NCBI GenBank assembly: GCA_964188305.1
Contig: OZ076904.1
Strand: one strand, 5' to 3'
From: Podarcis bocagei
Lineage: Eukaryota
Length of the DNA: 64,000 nt
The stretch's first letter is position 1, and every line of letters starts with the position of its first letter. Below, piece after piece: positions 31,501 to 43,400 of the stretch. Below the pieces are notes generated by a model. The model did not search any database and was not told the DNA's origin. It was given only the letters and a program-made list of their open reading frames with translations. Made by a program: the position numbers and the translations under genes.

Positions 31501-34500
31501 CCAATTTATCTACTTGTACTTTGACGTGCTTTCGAACTGCTAGGTTGGCAGGAGCAGGAACTGAGCAACGGGAGCTCACCCCATCGCGGAGATTTGAACC
31601 GCAGACCTTCTGAGTCCTAGGCTGTGTGGTTTAACCCACAGCGCCACCCGTGTCCCAACAGTAGTTTACAAAGCATATAAACTCAAGGCCTTTGCAGATG
31701 ACTATGTGGTAACTGTAGAAGACCCCATGGCTAGTAAACCAAGGGTCTTGAACAGATTCTCAAGTTGGAGAAGTAGCAGGTTTTAAACTAAATAAAGGTA
31801 GAACGAAAGTATTGGTGGAAAATGTGACAGAACTGATGATTGAGAAGAAAGTTTAATATTTAGGAGTATGGATAACAGCTACAAACATAAATATTTTTAA
31901 GAATAACTATACAGGAGCTTGGAAAGAAACGAGAAAAAAAATTAAATAAAAATGTATATAAAAAATAGAGATTTCTGGAGGGTGGCAGCACGACAACAGG
32001 ACTTTTCTGTGGTGGCTCCTCGCTTGGGGGATGTTCTCCCAGATAGGCTCCCTGGACACCTTTGTGACAAATCTTTAGGTGCCAGGCGAGAAAGTTATTC
32101 TGTAACCAGGATTTGGGTGGATAAAATCATCTCAGGGCATTTTAATGTGCTTTTGGCTTGCTTGTTTTCTTTCTTTCGTTTGCTTTTTCTATTCTCATTT
32201 TGTATTTTTATTCTGCAAACCACCCTCTGATCTTCAGATGAAAGTTGATATATAAACAGAATAATACTAATATTATTACTACAGACCCTCCAAAGGTCAA
32301 AATGGCACCCAGTTGAGAGGTGCTGGAGATGAGTTCCAGCGGGTTCCCTCTGAAGAAAGCCCTGGGTATAAATAGCAAAATGATCGTTATGGGATGGGAC
32401 ATCCCTATTTTCATCGGAGACATGTTGGAAGGTAAGCTACTATTACTAATAGTAACTATGATATTTTACAGGTTTATCCCCAGTCAAGATCAGCATCTGT
32501 GTGGACTGCAGTTTGCAAAAGGGGGAAGGAAATACCTGCCACGGCTGTAGCCTTTGGGGTCCCCATTGCTCTCCTTCCTCCACCATCAGCCTCCTCTGGG
32601 ATCTCGATGAGAGCGAAGCATGCAAGGCCTGAGCCACAGCCTGAACATGGATGTAAGTGCCATAGTTGTCTAGACACAGGATTCTCTCATACTCCCCTTG
32701 GGGCAATGGCTGCAGTTTCTCCTCCTCTCTGCATCTTATCCTGCCTATCACGGACAACAGATGCTTTGAATATGAACACTGAAATGCTTGATAGAAATAA
32801 TCCGTAATATTGATCTGCAATCTATATTTGTCACCTTTGCTGCTCCTTATTCCAGTCTGAATTTCAAAGAACAGAGAACCATGGAGGTGCTGGAATAGAT
32901 ATGGAGGGATTAAAAAGCCAATTCTGTATTCTACCAAAGCTGCTGTGATCCAGACTTTTGCCCCTATTTCCTTCTCATAGATATAGTGTACTGACATGAA
33001 TAACATGATATCCAGTGCAGTGGTTATATAGGAAAGAAATACCCCAACTTGTCTCCATAGGAAAAAAGGTTCCCCGGGCCTGATAAATTGATTTATATCA
33101 TTTTCTGGTACTCTTTTTGATAAAGCAATGCAGATCCCTTTGCTGAGCATCAGAGGTTTCACAGCGCTCACAAATCTTTCTCCACTGTCATTGTCTGGAG
33201 TGAAGAGGCCAATCCACGTCCATCCAAAATACAGGAGCAATTCAATAATCCCCTGGTACTCACTTTCCTCTTTGGGACTCATCCGGTAGACAAAAGGGAA
33301 CAGGGTTTTACCTTCGAGAATCTGGGCAGTGAAGCCATGACTGATCTAGCAAGGAAAGCAAAAGACCAGCAATTTACTTTAATTTCAGCATAACAGATAT
33401 TTAATTATCTGTAATGACTGATATCGAAATCTCTGCTGGCTGAGGCCGATGGGAGTTTTAGTCCGAAACATCTGGAGGTGTCAAGTTGGTGAAGGCTCAG
33501 TTTTGAAAAAGGGATGTAGGATCCATAGCTCAGGATTTCCCCATTTTTAAAAATATGCCTACTTGACCCCTCCAAAGAGAAAATAGAATCTTATGGAGTT
33601 GAAATTCTTTGTCCCTCCATGCTCTCCCACTAGTTAGTTACCTGTGGGATTTTGTAGATGCCTGACAAGGCTGAAATCACTTTTGAGATGACAGTATTGC
33701 TTCTTTCAAGAACAGCCAGCAGGGGATTCTGTTCTCCACAGTGATAATTGGGAATATTGCATCCACTGCCTGCAAGCAGCTCTAGCATGGCGTCCGAAGT
33801 CATCCCTGCATCTAAATAGTTCTCATAGATGTTGTAGCCCAGGGTGATGTTGGGTAAGATCCTGAGATCCTGGTTGATCTCTTGGATGGTGAACAGGAAA
33901 GACAACATGTACCAGTCAAACCTAGTTGACTTCCTGCAATAAATGAATCCTTTAAAAAGAGTGAAACTGATATTCATATTAATGGGAGGAAGGAAACATT
34001 ATATGATCCACAACGCTTAGATTTATTTGTTTATTTATTTATTTATTTATTTATCCATCCATCCATCCATCCATCCATCCATCCATCCATCCTTTTGCAT
34101 TAATATCAACCCTTTTCCTGTCTAGCATTGAACAAAATTTTGGAGACCTCTGCTCCATGACAGGAACTTTGATGCAAACAGCACACAGAGCTGTTCAGCA
34201 GTGGAACAGACTCCCTCCGAAGGTGACCATGTGTCATGGATGCTTCAGGTGTGATACCTCCGGGTCCCTTCCATCTCTACAACTCTATGATTCTATTCTA
34301 CTGTGGTTCTATGAGTAAGCAATGAAGGTGCCCCTCAACATTTGAGATATACTGGGAAGCTGCTCCATAGGTTGCTTTTGCTGCAGTGGTCCTTGGCGTC
34401 TTCCAAGGTGCTAGACTACAGGTAGATAACAGACAATTTTATTGAAGGAGGGGAAGCACCAAATACCTCAGTCCCCTTTGACTTGGAAATGAGGCCTGTT

Positions 34501-35250
34501 GGCTTTCAGGTTTGAGTGTGTAGCAAAATTTATAATTTTGCTCATATTTTTCATCGCTGACTCCACCAGTGAGGACACCCCCTGGTCTGTATTATTTTAC
34601 ATAATTATTTTATTTGAAGCATATCATTCCATGTGCAAAACTGTAGCATTCCTTAATGACAGTTTATGAATTGTCCAAAGGGAATAATATTGAATAAAAC
34701 CTTTGAGCCTTGGAAATTCACTGAGTTTCATGGCATCCTACCAGATTTCTTGCATTCTTCTAAAAGCAACACAGAGGAATAGGCACAGGATTGTTTTACT
34801 TAGGAAGAGAGAAGGAATAAGGAAATTGGAGAGGTTTGTGTGGAATCTTCACCTGGACCCCCCAGCTCCCATCAGCCCCAGCCAGCAAGACCAATGGTCA
34901 GGGTAGGGCAGTCCTGCAACATCAGCCCTTGGCTCCCCAGCCCTGAGATAGGGGCTCTTTCCTATTACAACCATTACAAGGACTGGAGGACCGTGAAACC
35001 CATCCGCATATGATTTTACATACAGTCCATTCCTGACGAAGGGTGTCTGAGTAAAGTTGTATGGAGTTCTCTCAATAAGGCGTATTGGAGAGATGATCCC
35101 ACTGATGAGAAAGTGTCCCGGCTGGTAGTAATTGCGAACATCCGTTTCATCCCTGACCAGATTCAAGGGGCATTTCGCCTTGTGGTTCCCGCAGACTCCA
35201 AAGGGCATCATGAGCAGCAGAAGCAGCAACAGAAGGAGCAGGGATCTCAT
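27612..35250 (-). CDS. V2R-C: complete vomeronasal type-2 receptor, 860 aa (exons 35024-35250, 33642-33933, 32536-33345, 30310-30537, 29103-29229, 27612-28510)
   Basis: 227+292+810+228+127+899=2583 nt, frame-consistent and GT-AG. Confidence 0.93.
29103..29229 (-). CDS. V2R-C exon 5
   Basis: 127 nt, Cys-rich. Confidence 0.92.
30310..30537 (-). CDS. V2R-C exon 4
   Basis: 228 nt. Confidence 0.92.
31370..31656 (-). mobile_element. Sauria SINE (tail deleted), same insertion as 19352-19703
   Basis: Same sequence and same junction within L1. Confidence 0.85.
32536..33345 (-). CDS. V2R-C exon 3
   Basis: 810 nt, Venus flytrap motifs. Confidence 0.95.
33642..33933 (-). CDS. V2R-C exon 2
   Basis: 292 nt. 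Confidence 0.93.
34021..34092. repeat. Compound (ATTT)n(ATCC)n microsatellite
   Basis: Direct observation. Confidence 0.9.
35024..35250 (-). CDS. V2R-C exon 1
   Basis: 227 nt, signal peptide. Confidence 0.88.
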
Positions 35251-38027
35251 TCTGGCTCTGCCTCCTCCTCCTCCTCTTACCTGCCAAGGAGGCATAGCAG
35301 AAGAACCCAAAGACTCTTGCAAGGCCAGACTGCCTGGGCTTTCCCAATCTGGGTGGTTTTCAACTCTACCTTCGGAGCTAGGAAGCGCAAGGCAGGCACA
35401 CTCCTCTTTCGCCAGCTCTGCATCTTGACTCAGTCTGTCTCCAACACAGGAAATATTCTCTGCACTAACTTTTTCTTTCCCAGACACAGCGCAATTAATA
35501 TTGTCATGCTACTTTCTGAGGCTGATGTAATCTCCAGAAACATCTCCTGAGCTTTCAGAAGATGAGATGACTATAATTTTGATTATTCCAAGCGGAATAA
35601 GTTTCAGCACAATAACTTTCTGGAGTCTTGAATGGCTCAAGCGGCAGGTGCAGAACTGGAGAAAAACATGTTGGACAGAAGTCAAGGGGTGTGCTTGGAA
35701 GTTGGAAGTTTGGCCTGAACTTTGCTCACAAGCACCAAAGAAGGAGCTGGATCCAACCATGGACTCTCCTTCCTTGAAGGTTTTTAAGCAGAGGTTGGAT
35801 GGCCATCTGTTGGGAGTCTTCAGCTGAGATTCCTGCATTGCAGGGGGCTGGACTAGATGACCTTGGGGTCCCTTTCCAAGTCTCCCATTCTATGATTCAT
35901 TGGAGGTTTTTAAGAAGAGGTGGGAGAGTCAGGGATGGACAGCAGCCAGATGAAGGAGTCCCAGCCTTGTATCCCAGGCATCCTAAGCCCTTTTAAAATG
36001 TGGGGGTTTGGGTGGGCATTATTGGCTTGTTGTTTTTATTTTGATTATATATGTTGTGGTTTTATATTTTGATTTTGTTCTGTGAACCGCCTTGAGACCT
36101 CCAGGGATAGGGCGATATATAGATTCAGTACATCAATAAATAAAGGAATAAATATGAATAAATAAAAATCAATCAATGGAGAATGCTGAGAAATGCCATC
36201 CTCAGTACTGTCAACGGGATACATGGTGGTGGGATCTTGTTTCTTGGAGGCTGCTAGAGACAGAGACTGGTGGAGCCTGCGATGGGGAGGGATTTCTCAA
36301 GCCCACCCTCTGGCCGCTTTGGGTGGGTCTGGGCTGCTTGATTCCTGCCGCTCTCTTCTGGTTCTCCCCCTGAAGGGAAGTAGCGCCTTGGGGGCTTCGA
36401 AGCAACTTTAAGTGAATTTCCACCCCATCTTTGAAAGGCTTCTCCAACAGAGGGAAGCTCTCTGGATTTGGTTGAGGGGAGAAATGTTGCTCTGAACTTT
36501 TGACTCTCCCTTCCCCTTCGACATGTTCTGCGGAAGGGGAGCTTCTCTTGCACATGGAGCCAACTTGCTCCTCGTCTTTGAGCAGAAACTTCTCTACTCA
36601 TAAACAAATTGTCTGTGCACAAGCCAGGCTAGTATTCTAGCAGCTTTATTATTCTTTATCAATTTATTTATTCTTCTTTATTTATTTACTTATTTAATCT
36701 GATTCATAAAATCCAGCAGCACTTGATTAGGCCAATAACCCCTAAAGCACTTTATTTTAAGATAAGCAGGACATTCAGAAAAAAGTTTACAAAGTTACTT
36801 CAGAACATTAAAAAAGTGAAAATAACAAAACGGACTGAAATTGTATCAGCTTCCTAAGAATCTGGGTGGATGCTATATTTATTAATTTTTTTTTTTAAAA
36901 AAAAATATTAAGTCTCCATAGATATTCCAAAACACTTAATTTTATAATGAATGATTTTAGAGTGTTGTTTGTGCTGTACTTTTGTACTGTTTTATTGTTG
37001 TTAGCCGCCCTGAGCCCGGCTTCGGCTGGGGAGGGCGGGATATAAATAAAATTTATTTTTATTATTATTATTGTCTACCTACCAGAGTTTTTTTTTAAAA
37101 AAACAACTAAATACATAATGCTTCTTGACTCCCCACCCCTCTTGATGTTTGTTTTATTACTCCTTTTTATCACCTGTTTTAAAAAACATGTTTATATTAT
37201 CTAAGCCCCGAAGTCGTATATCAGTGATCCTCTGCTTATATTTCAAATCCTGCCTTGGACTTCATGTCTGGATGTTAGTATGACAGATAATATAACAATG
37301 GTCTCCATTCTTCCTTGAACCATTCTTCCTTATGTCCTCTTAGTTTAGCAGGGAATTTCTCCCTTTCCGCATCTTCCACCAGCTTCATCCGCCATTCCTC
37401 CTTGGTGGGGAATTCTCCTTCTTTCCACTTCCGGGTGTATAAAGTCCTGGCTCTTGTGGTTGCATTCAGAAAACCTCACGAACCACCGGCCAGTTTCTCA
37501 TCTCCCTTTCCTGAGGAATGTTCTGGAGCGAGTGGCCGCAGACCAGATCCAGGCGCTTTTGAAAGAAACTGGTTTTCTGGGTCCGTTTCCAGTGGGGTTT
37601 CGGCCATGGGACCAAGAAGCAGCCCAGCAGGCTGGGAAGTGCTGGGACTGCGCCGTCCTTTGGGCCTCGTCCTCTTCTCCAGGCCGGACTGCTGACTGCG
37701 GAGTCACTCTGGCCTGGGACTGGGCAGCCATTTTGTCCCTGCGTTCTCTGTCAGGTTTCAGTCAGAGTCAGTCTGCCTCCGTTGTGAGCAGTGTGTCATC
37801 TCCGTCAAACTCTTTGGAACCATGTTGTTTAGGAAGAAGTTTATTTTAACTCAGTAAAGTCAATTAAAAACTCTGCATTAGTAGTTTCCGCTGCGCGTCA
37901 GTTTAGGTCTGACGTCGTTTCCAGACGGTGTTAGTTGGGGAACGCTTTTCAGCTCCGGGAGCCTTGAATGTGGGGTTTACAGGGCTCGATCCTATCCACA
38001 GGGCACTGGCTCCCAGTGGAGTACAGG

Positions 38028-38085
<58 letters not shown>
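38028..38085. repeat. (AAT)n microsatellite
   Basis: Direct observation; shorter interrupted paralog at about 26098-26130. Confidence 0.95.
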
Positions 38086-38086
<1 letters not shown>

Positions 38087-39598
38087 TTATACCCCGCCCA
38101 TCTGGCTGGGCTTCCCCAGCCACTATGGGCAGCTTCCAAAAAAATCTTAAAATACTGTAATACATCAAACATTAAAAGCTTCCCTAAACAGGGCTGCCTT
38201 CAGATGTCTTCTAAAAATCTGGTAGTTGAATAATAATAATATGTAGGATAAGGTTAAGATGCTGGCTTAACCTTTAAAGCCCTATAGGGCCTAGGTCCCT
38301 CGTATCTACGGGGCCGCCTCTCCTGGTATGTCCCATGGAGGACCTTATGGTCTTCAAACAAAAACATCTTGGAGGTCCCGAGCCACAGGGAGGTTAGGCT
38401 GGCCTCAACCAGAGCCAGGGCTTTTTCGGCCGTGGCCCCGATCTGGTGGAACGCTCTGTCCCAAGAGACTAGGGCCCTGCGGGACTTGACATCTTTCCGC
38501 AGGGCCTGCAAGATGGAGCTGTTCAGCCAGGCCACAGTCGGACCCCCTCCTTTGGTCATCCCCGCAGAACTGTAGCCCAATGGGTGCCATCAATTTGATT
38601 TTGAATTGATTTTAGAATGAATTGATTTTAGAATTCTGTGTTACTTTTATTGTTAGCCGCTCTTAGCCCGGCTTCGGCTGGGGAGGGCGGGATATAAATA
38701 AAATCTTCTTCTTCTTCTTCTTCTTCTTCTTCTTCTTTTTCTTCTCCCCCACATTGTTTAACATCTACATGAAACCACTGGGTGCGATTATCCGGAGGTT
38801 TGGAGTATGTTATCAGAATTATGCTGACAACACTCCGCTCTATTTCTCCTTCACATCTGCAGGGAGGCAGTGGAAGTGCTGGACTTCCTTGGTCTTGTCT
38901 TGGTAATGGATTTCAAGTGGGGTTTAGGCCTGGTTTTGGCACAGAAACTGCTTTGGTCGTCCAGTATGGTGACCTCTGTTGAGAGAGAGAAACATGTCCC
39001 TGATAATTCTTCTCAACGTCTCACCGGCTTTCGGTACCATTGAGCATGGTATCCTTCTGGAGTGACTCTCCGAGCGAGGGGTGGGTGGCAGCGCTTTGCG
39101 GTGGTTCCAGTCCTTCTTGGATGGTCATTTCCAGACAGTGTTACTTGGGGAATGTTTTTCAGCTCCGGGAGCCTTGAATGTGGGGTTCCACAGGGCTGAA
39201 TCCTGTCCCCACATTGTTTAACATCTACATAAAACCGCTTTTCAGTCAAGGCTTGGCTAAGGTCAGCTGCTACTCTTTGGAACAGGGAGCAGAGCTTACA
39301 CGATACAGAAATTAAACCAACAGACTACAGAAGATAACTTAAATTAATTTCTCAGTTTATTGATATACAAAACTTAGGAGAACGAAATGACATGAAGTGC
39401 ACTTGTAAATGACACAGCATACAAAAGATTCCCACCCATCTTACTGTTCATGTGAACAGGACTTCCTAAAACCCGGGCTAAGAACGAACACATTCTCTTT
39501 CAGAGGTGGAGAATAAACAGCATGGATGAGTAGCTGTGTTTCCTTTATGCACTTCTAGACATCATGAACATGGTCTATTTTAAGAATCAGATGTCCCC

Positions 39599-40497
39599 TT
39601 AATTCCTTGTTGTCAGGTGCTCCTTTGTGTTCAGATCAGGCCTCAGCACAATAATGTAGCACTTGGGAAGGAAGATGCAGCCCAGAAGCCCAGCACTGGA
39701 GGCCAACATAGAGAAGATCTGCACGGCCACCATGTACTTGCCCTTGTTGCTCAGGTAGGTGGGCACAAAAGACACCCAAACACTGCAGAAGACCAGCATG
39801 CTGAAGGTGATCAGCTTGGCTTCGTTGAAGGAGCCAGGCAGCTTCCTGGCTAGGAAAGCCACCGTGAAGCAGGTGGCAGCCAAGAAGCCCAGGTAGCCAA
39901 GGGCAACGTAGAACATGGCCACAGACCCTTCGTTGCATTGCAGGAGGATCTCTTCCACCTGGGAGCGCATGTCGGGCTCTGGGAATGGGGGAGAAGAGCC
40001 CAGCCAGATGGTGCAGATGAGAACTTGCCCCCCAGAAGAGGAGATGACAATGGAGTTGGCCAGACTCTTGCCCAGCCATCTCCTCACCCTGTTCCCGGGC
40101 TTTGTGGCCAGGAAGGCCAGCACCACCGTGATGGTCTTTGCCAAGACAGAAGAAACAGCAACTGAGAAGATGATGCTGAAGGCCGTTTGTCGGAGAAGGC
40201 AGGTCTCTTTCCTTGGGCGCCCGATGAAGAGGAAGGAGGACAGAAAGGAAAGCAGGAGGGAGACGAGGAGGATGTAGGAGAGGTCCCGGTTGTTGGCTTT
40301 GACTATGGGAGTTTCCTTGTATTTAATGAAGATTCCCAACACAATGCCTGCTGTTAAGGACAAGAAGAGGGCAATGGAAGCTAAAATGATTCCCAAATGT
40401 TCTCCATAAGCCAGGAAGATGATAATCTTGGGGACACATTGATCTCTGTCCTTGTTTGAATGGTGATCTTCCGGGCATTTGGTGCAATGTTCTGCAT
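39599..40497 (-). CDS. V2R-D exon 6 (7TM)
   Basis: 899 nt. Confidence 0.94.
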
Positions 40498-43400
40498 CTG
40501 GGGAAGAGAAAAAGAGTGGCTGCAGCATCACTTACATCCCTAATGATCTGTGCTCTATTACGTTTTGAAGAAATCCTAGAGATTTCTTCCTTGTGATCAT
40601 TCCTTTCAACTCTCTTCCGGGATGTAATGAAGGTGATTAATCCTAAAGAAATTGAGGAAGGTGCCACATTCCACAATGTCTGCAGAATTCTCACAAAAAG
40701 TGTGTGAGACTGGATTTCTGGCCTGTGTTTACTCTCTCTAGGAATACCTTCCCCCTTGGAGTCACCCACCTTCCTGGGCGGAGAAGGTCCCTTCTGCACA
40801 CTGAGCACAAGCATAGCAGCAAATGGGCTGTCCTTCTAGAACCACCTTGGCATATCCAGGTCGACATCTTTCTGTACACCTGGAACGAGGCACGGCCTAA
40901 CCAGAAAGACAAGAAGGTGCAAGAAAGAGGAACAGTTAGGAATATTTGTGGGTATGTAATTCAGTCATAGGGACGCGGCTGGCGCTTTGGGTTAAACCAC
41001 AGAGCCTAGGACTTGCCGATCAGAAGGTCGGTGGTTCGAATCCCCGTGACGGGCTGAACTGCCATTGCTCAGTCCCTGCTCCTGCCAACCTAGCAGTTCG
41101 AAAGCAAGTCAAAGTGCAAGTAGATACATAGGTACCGTTCCAGCGGGAAGGTAAACAGCATTTCCGTGCGCTGTTCTGGTTCGCCAGAAGCGGCTTAGTC
41201 CTGCTGCCCACATGACCCAGAAGCTGTACGCAGGTTCCCTCAGCCAATAAAGCGAGATGAGCACCGCAACCCCAGAGTCGGACACGACTGGACCTAATGG
41301 TCAGGGGTCCCGTTACCTTTACCTTAATTTACACATAGAGTGATTTCAAACAGATCTCTGGTCTGCAGCCTTTCAAAATTTCAAAAATAAATTGCTTTCC
41401 ATCCTTCTGCATGTATGAAAACCCAATTGTTCACTTTTACTAGGTGTTTTCCCTTTTCTTCTACGTAGTCCATTCGGTTAAACATTCTGTCCAGAATTCT
41501 TAAATTCTCAGTCTGGTTTGGAAATAGATAGTGTCTTTTCTAAGGACCTCTTGGCTCTATCCTTTCTTTGAGCACCCCAAATCCCCCTCCTATCTCAGCT
41601 GCTGTGGAAAGAAGGAGTGGCGGTTGCAGCTGTTATTGGACGGTCAAGACATCATTGATCAACCTGATATAGTCATTTTGCAGCAGTTGTTCAAGGAAAA
41701 ATATATTCAGGATCTCCTGGCCTCCCCTCTCTGTGATTCCCCTTACCTTGTTGAATTTCTTGGGCCACTCAATAGCTTCTGGGTTAATGGTGAACTTTAT
41801 GCTAGCAGACGTCTCTCTCCTTATATTCCCAATTTTCACAATGACATGAGACTTATTGGGAGACATCACCCAGTTCATAATATCGAAGTCTCCTGGCAGC
41901 TCCCAGTTCTCATCCAAGCACAGCCTGCCTCTGGAAGTATTCAGACACTGGATTTCTCTTAAGAAAGAGTGAAGCTGGAAGGACAGAAGAAAGCACCAGC
42001 ACTGAGAAACCTTGAAGCCAAGATGGATATCTCAGTCCTACTCACTTCAACCTCTTATGATTTGGGGCCTGCGTGTATCTCATGTAGACTGGAATTCCTA
42101 TTCAGCCATTTCTATTACTACAGACCATGCAAGTAAGTAAGTAAGTAAGTAATCTTTATTTGCTTCAGCCATCGGCCATAGCAATAAAACAACAATATGA
42201 TATACAAAGAATAGAAATAAAAAGTCAATTATATAAAATACATTTTAGGGTTTTGAATCAGTAGTCAAATAGTGGATCTTATTCCAGCGCCAAGAATTTA
42301 AAATGCGGATGTATATAAAGCATAAAATGGCCCCAAAAATAGGCTCGGCACATTGGGTTAAAAAGTAATAAAAGAATTTAAAACAGGTCCAGGTCTAGGA
42401 CACACTACCCAGTCAGAGTAGCCCTGAGTTTCAGAGCCTGCACAATAAAGATTGCCACCCCACGTGAAATTTGGGGATTTGCGTCCACAAGAAGCGATTT
42501 CAAACAGTCTTCCTTAGATGTAATATTGGTGGATGTGGAATTATCCAACCCACAAGCTGTCCAATCCTATATCAGGAATTTTTAAATGTTTAATATTTTA
42601 GTATGAATTTCTTTATTTTGGGAGCTGCCCAGAGTGAGGAGGCAACTGAAGTAGATGTATAAGCAGTGCTATTTTTCTAGAAAAGAAGGTGCCGGAACTC
42701 ACCATGAACACCTCCTTCTTACATTGGCAATGGCACCCACCTGAAAGGTGTCAAAACTGAGTTCCAGCGAGTTCCCCTCTGAAAAAAAGCCCTGGGTATA
42801 AGCAGTAAAGGACGCAGGTGGCGCTGTGGGTTAAACCACAGAGCCTAGGACTTGCTGATCAGAAGGTTGGCGGTTCGAAGCTGTATGCCGGCTCCCTCGG
42901 CCAATAAAGCGAGATGAGCGCCACAACCCCAGAGTCGGCAACGACTGGACCTAATGGTCAGGGGTCTCTTTTCCTTTATAAGCAGTAACATTATCGTTAT
43001 GGAATGGGCCGTCTCTATTTTCAACAGAGTTGAATACCAATGTTGGGCGGTATGCTACTATTGCTAATACTAATAGTAACTATGATATTTTGCAGGTTTA
43101 TCCACAGTCAAGATCAGCATCTGTGTGGACTGCAGTTTGCAAAAAGGGGGAAGGAAATACCTGCCACGGATGTAGCCTTGCGTGTCCCCATTGCTCTCCT
43201 TCCTCCACCATCAGCCTCCTCTTGGATCTAGATGAAAGCGAAGCATGCAAGGCCTGAGCCACAGCCTGAACATTGATGTAAGTGCCATAGCTGTCTAGAA
43301 ACAGGACTCTCTCAGGCTCCCATTGGGATAATGGCTCCAGTTTCTCCTCCTCTTTGCATCTTATCCTGCCTTTCACGGACAACAAATGCTTTGAATATGT

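Noticed and set aside
37903-38233. Poly-Asn/Ile/Leu ORFs (also poly-Met/Ile at 11.8 and 12.4 kb)
   Set aside because: Translations of (AAT)n and (CAT)n microsatellites.
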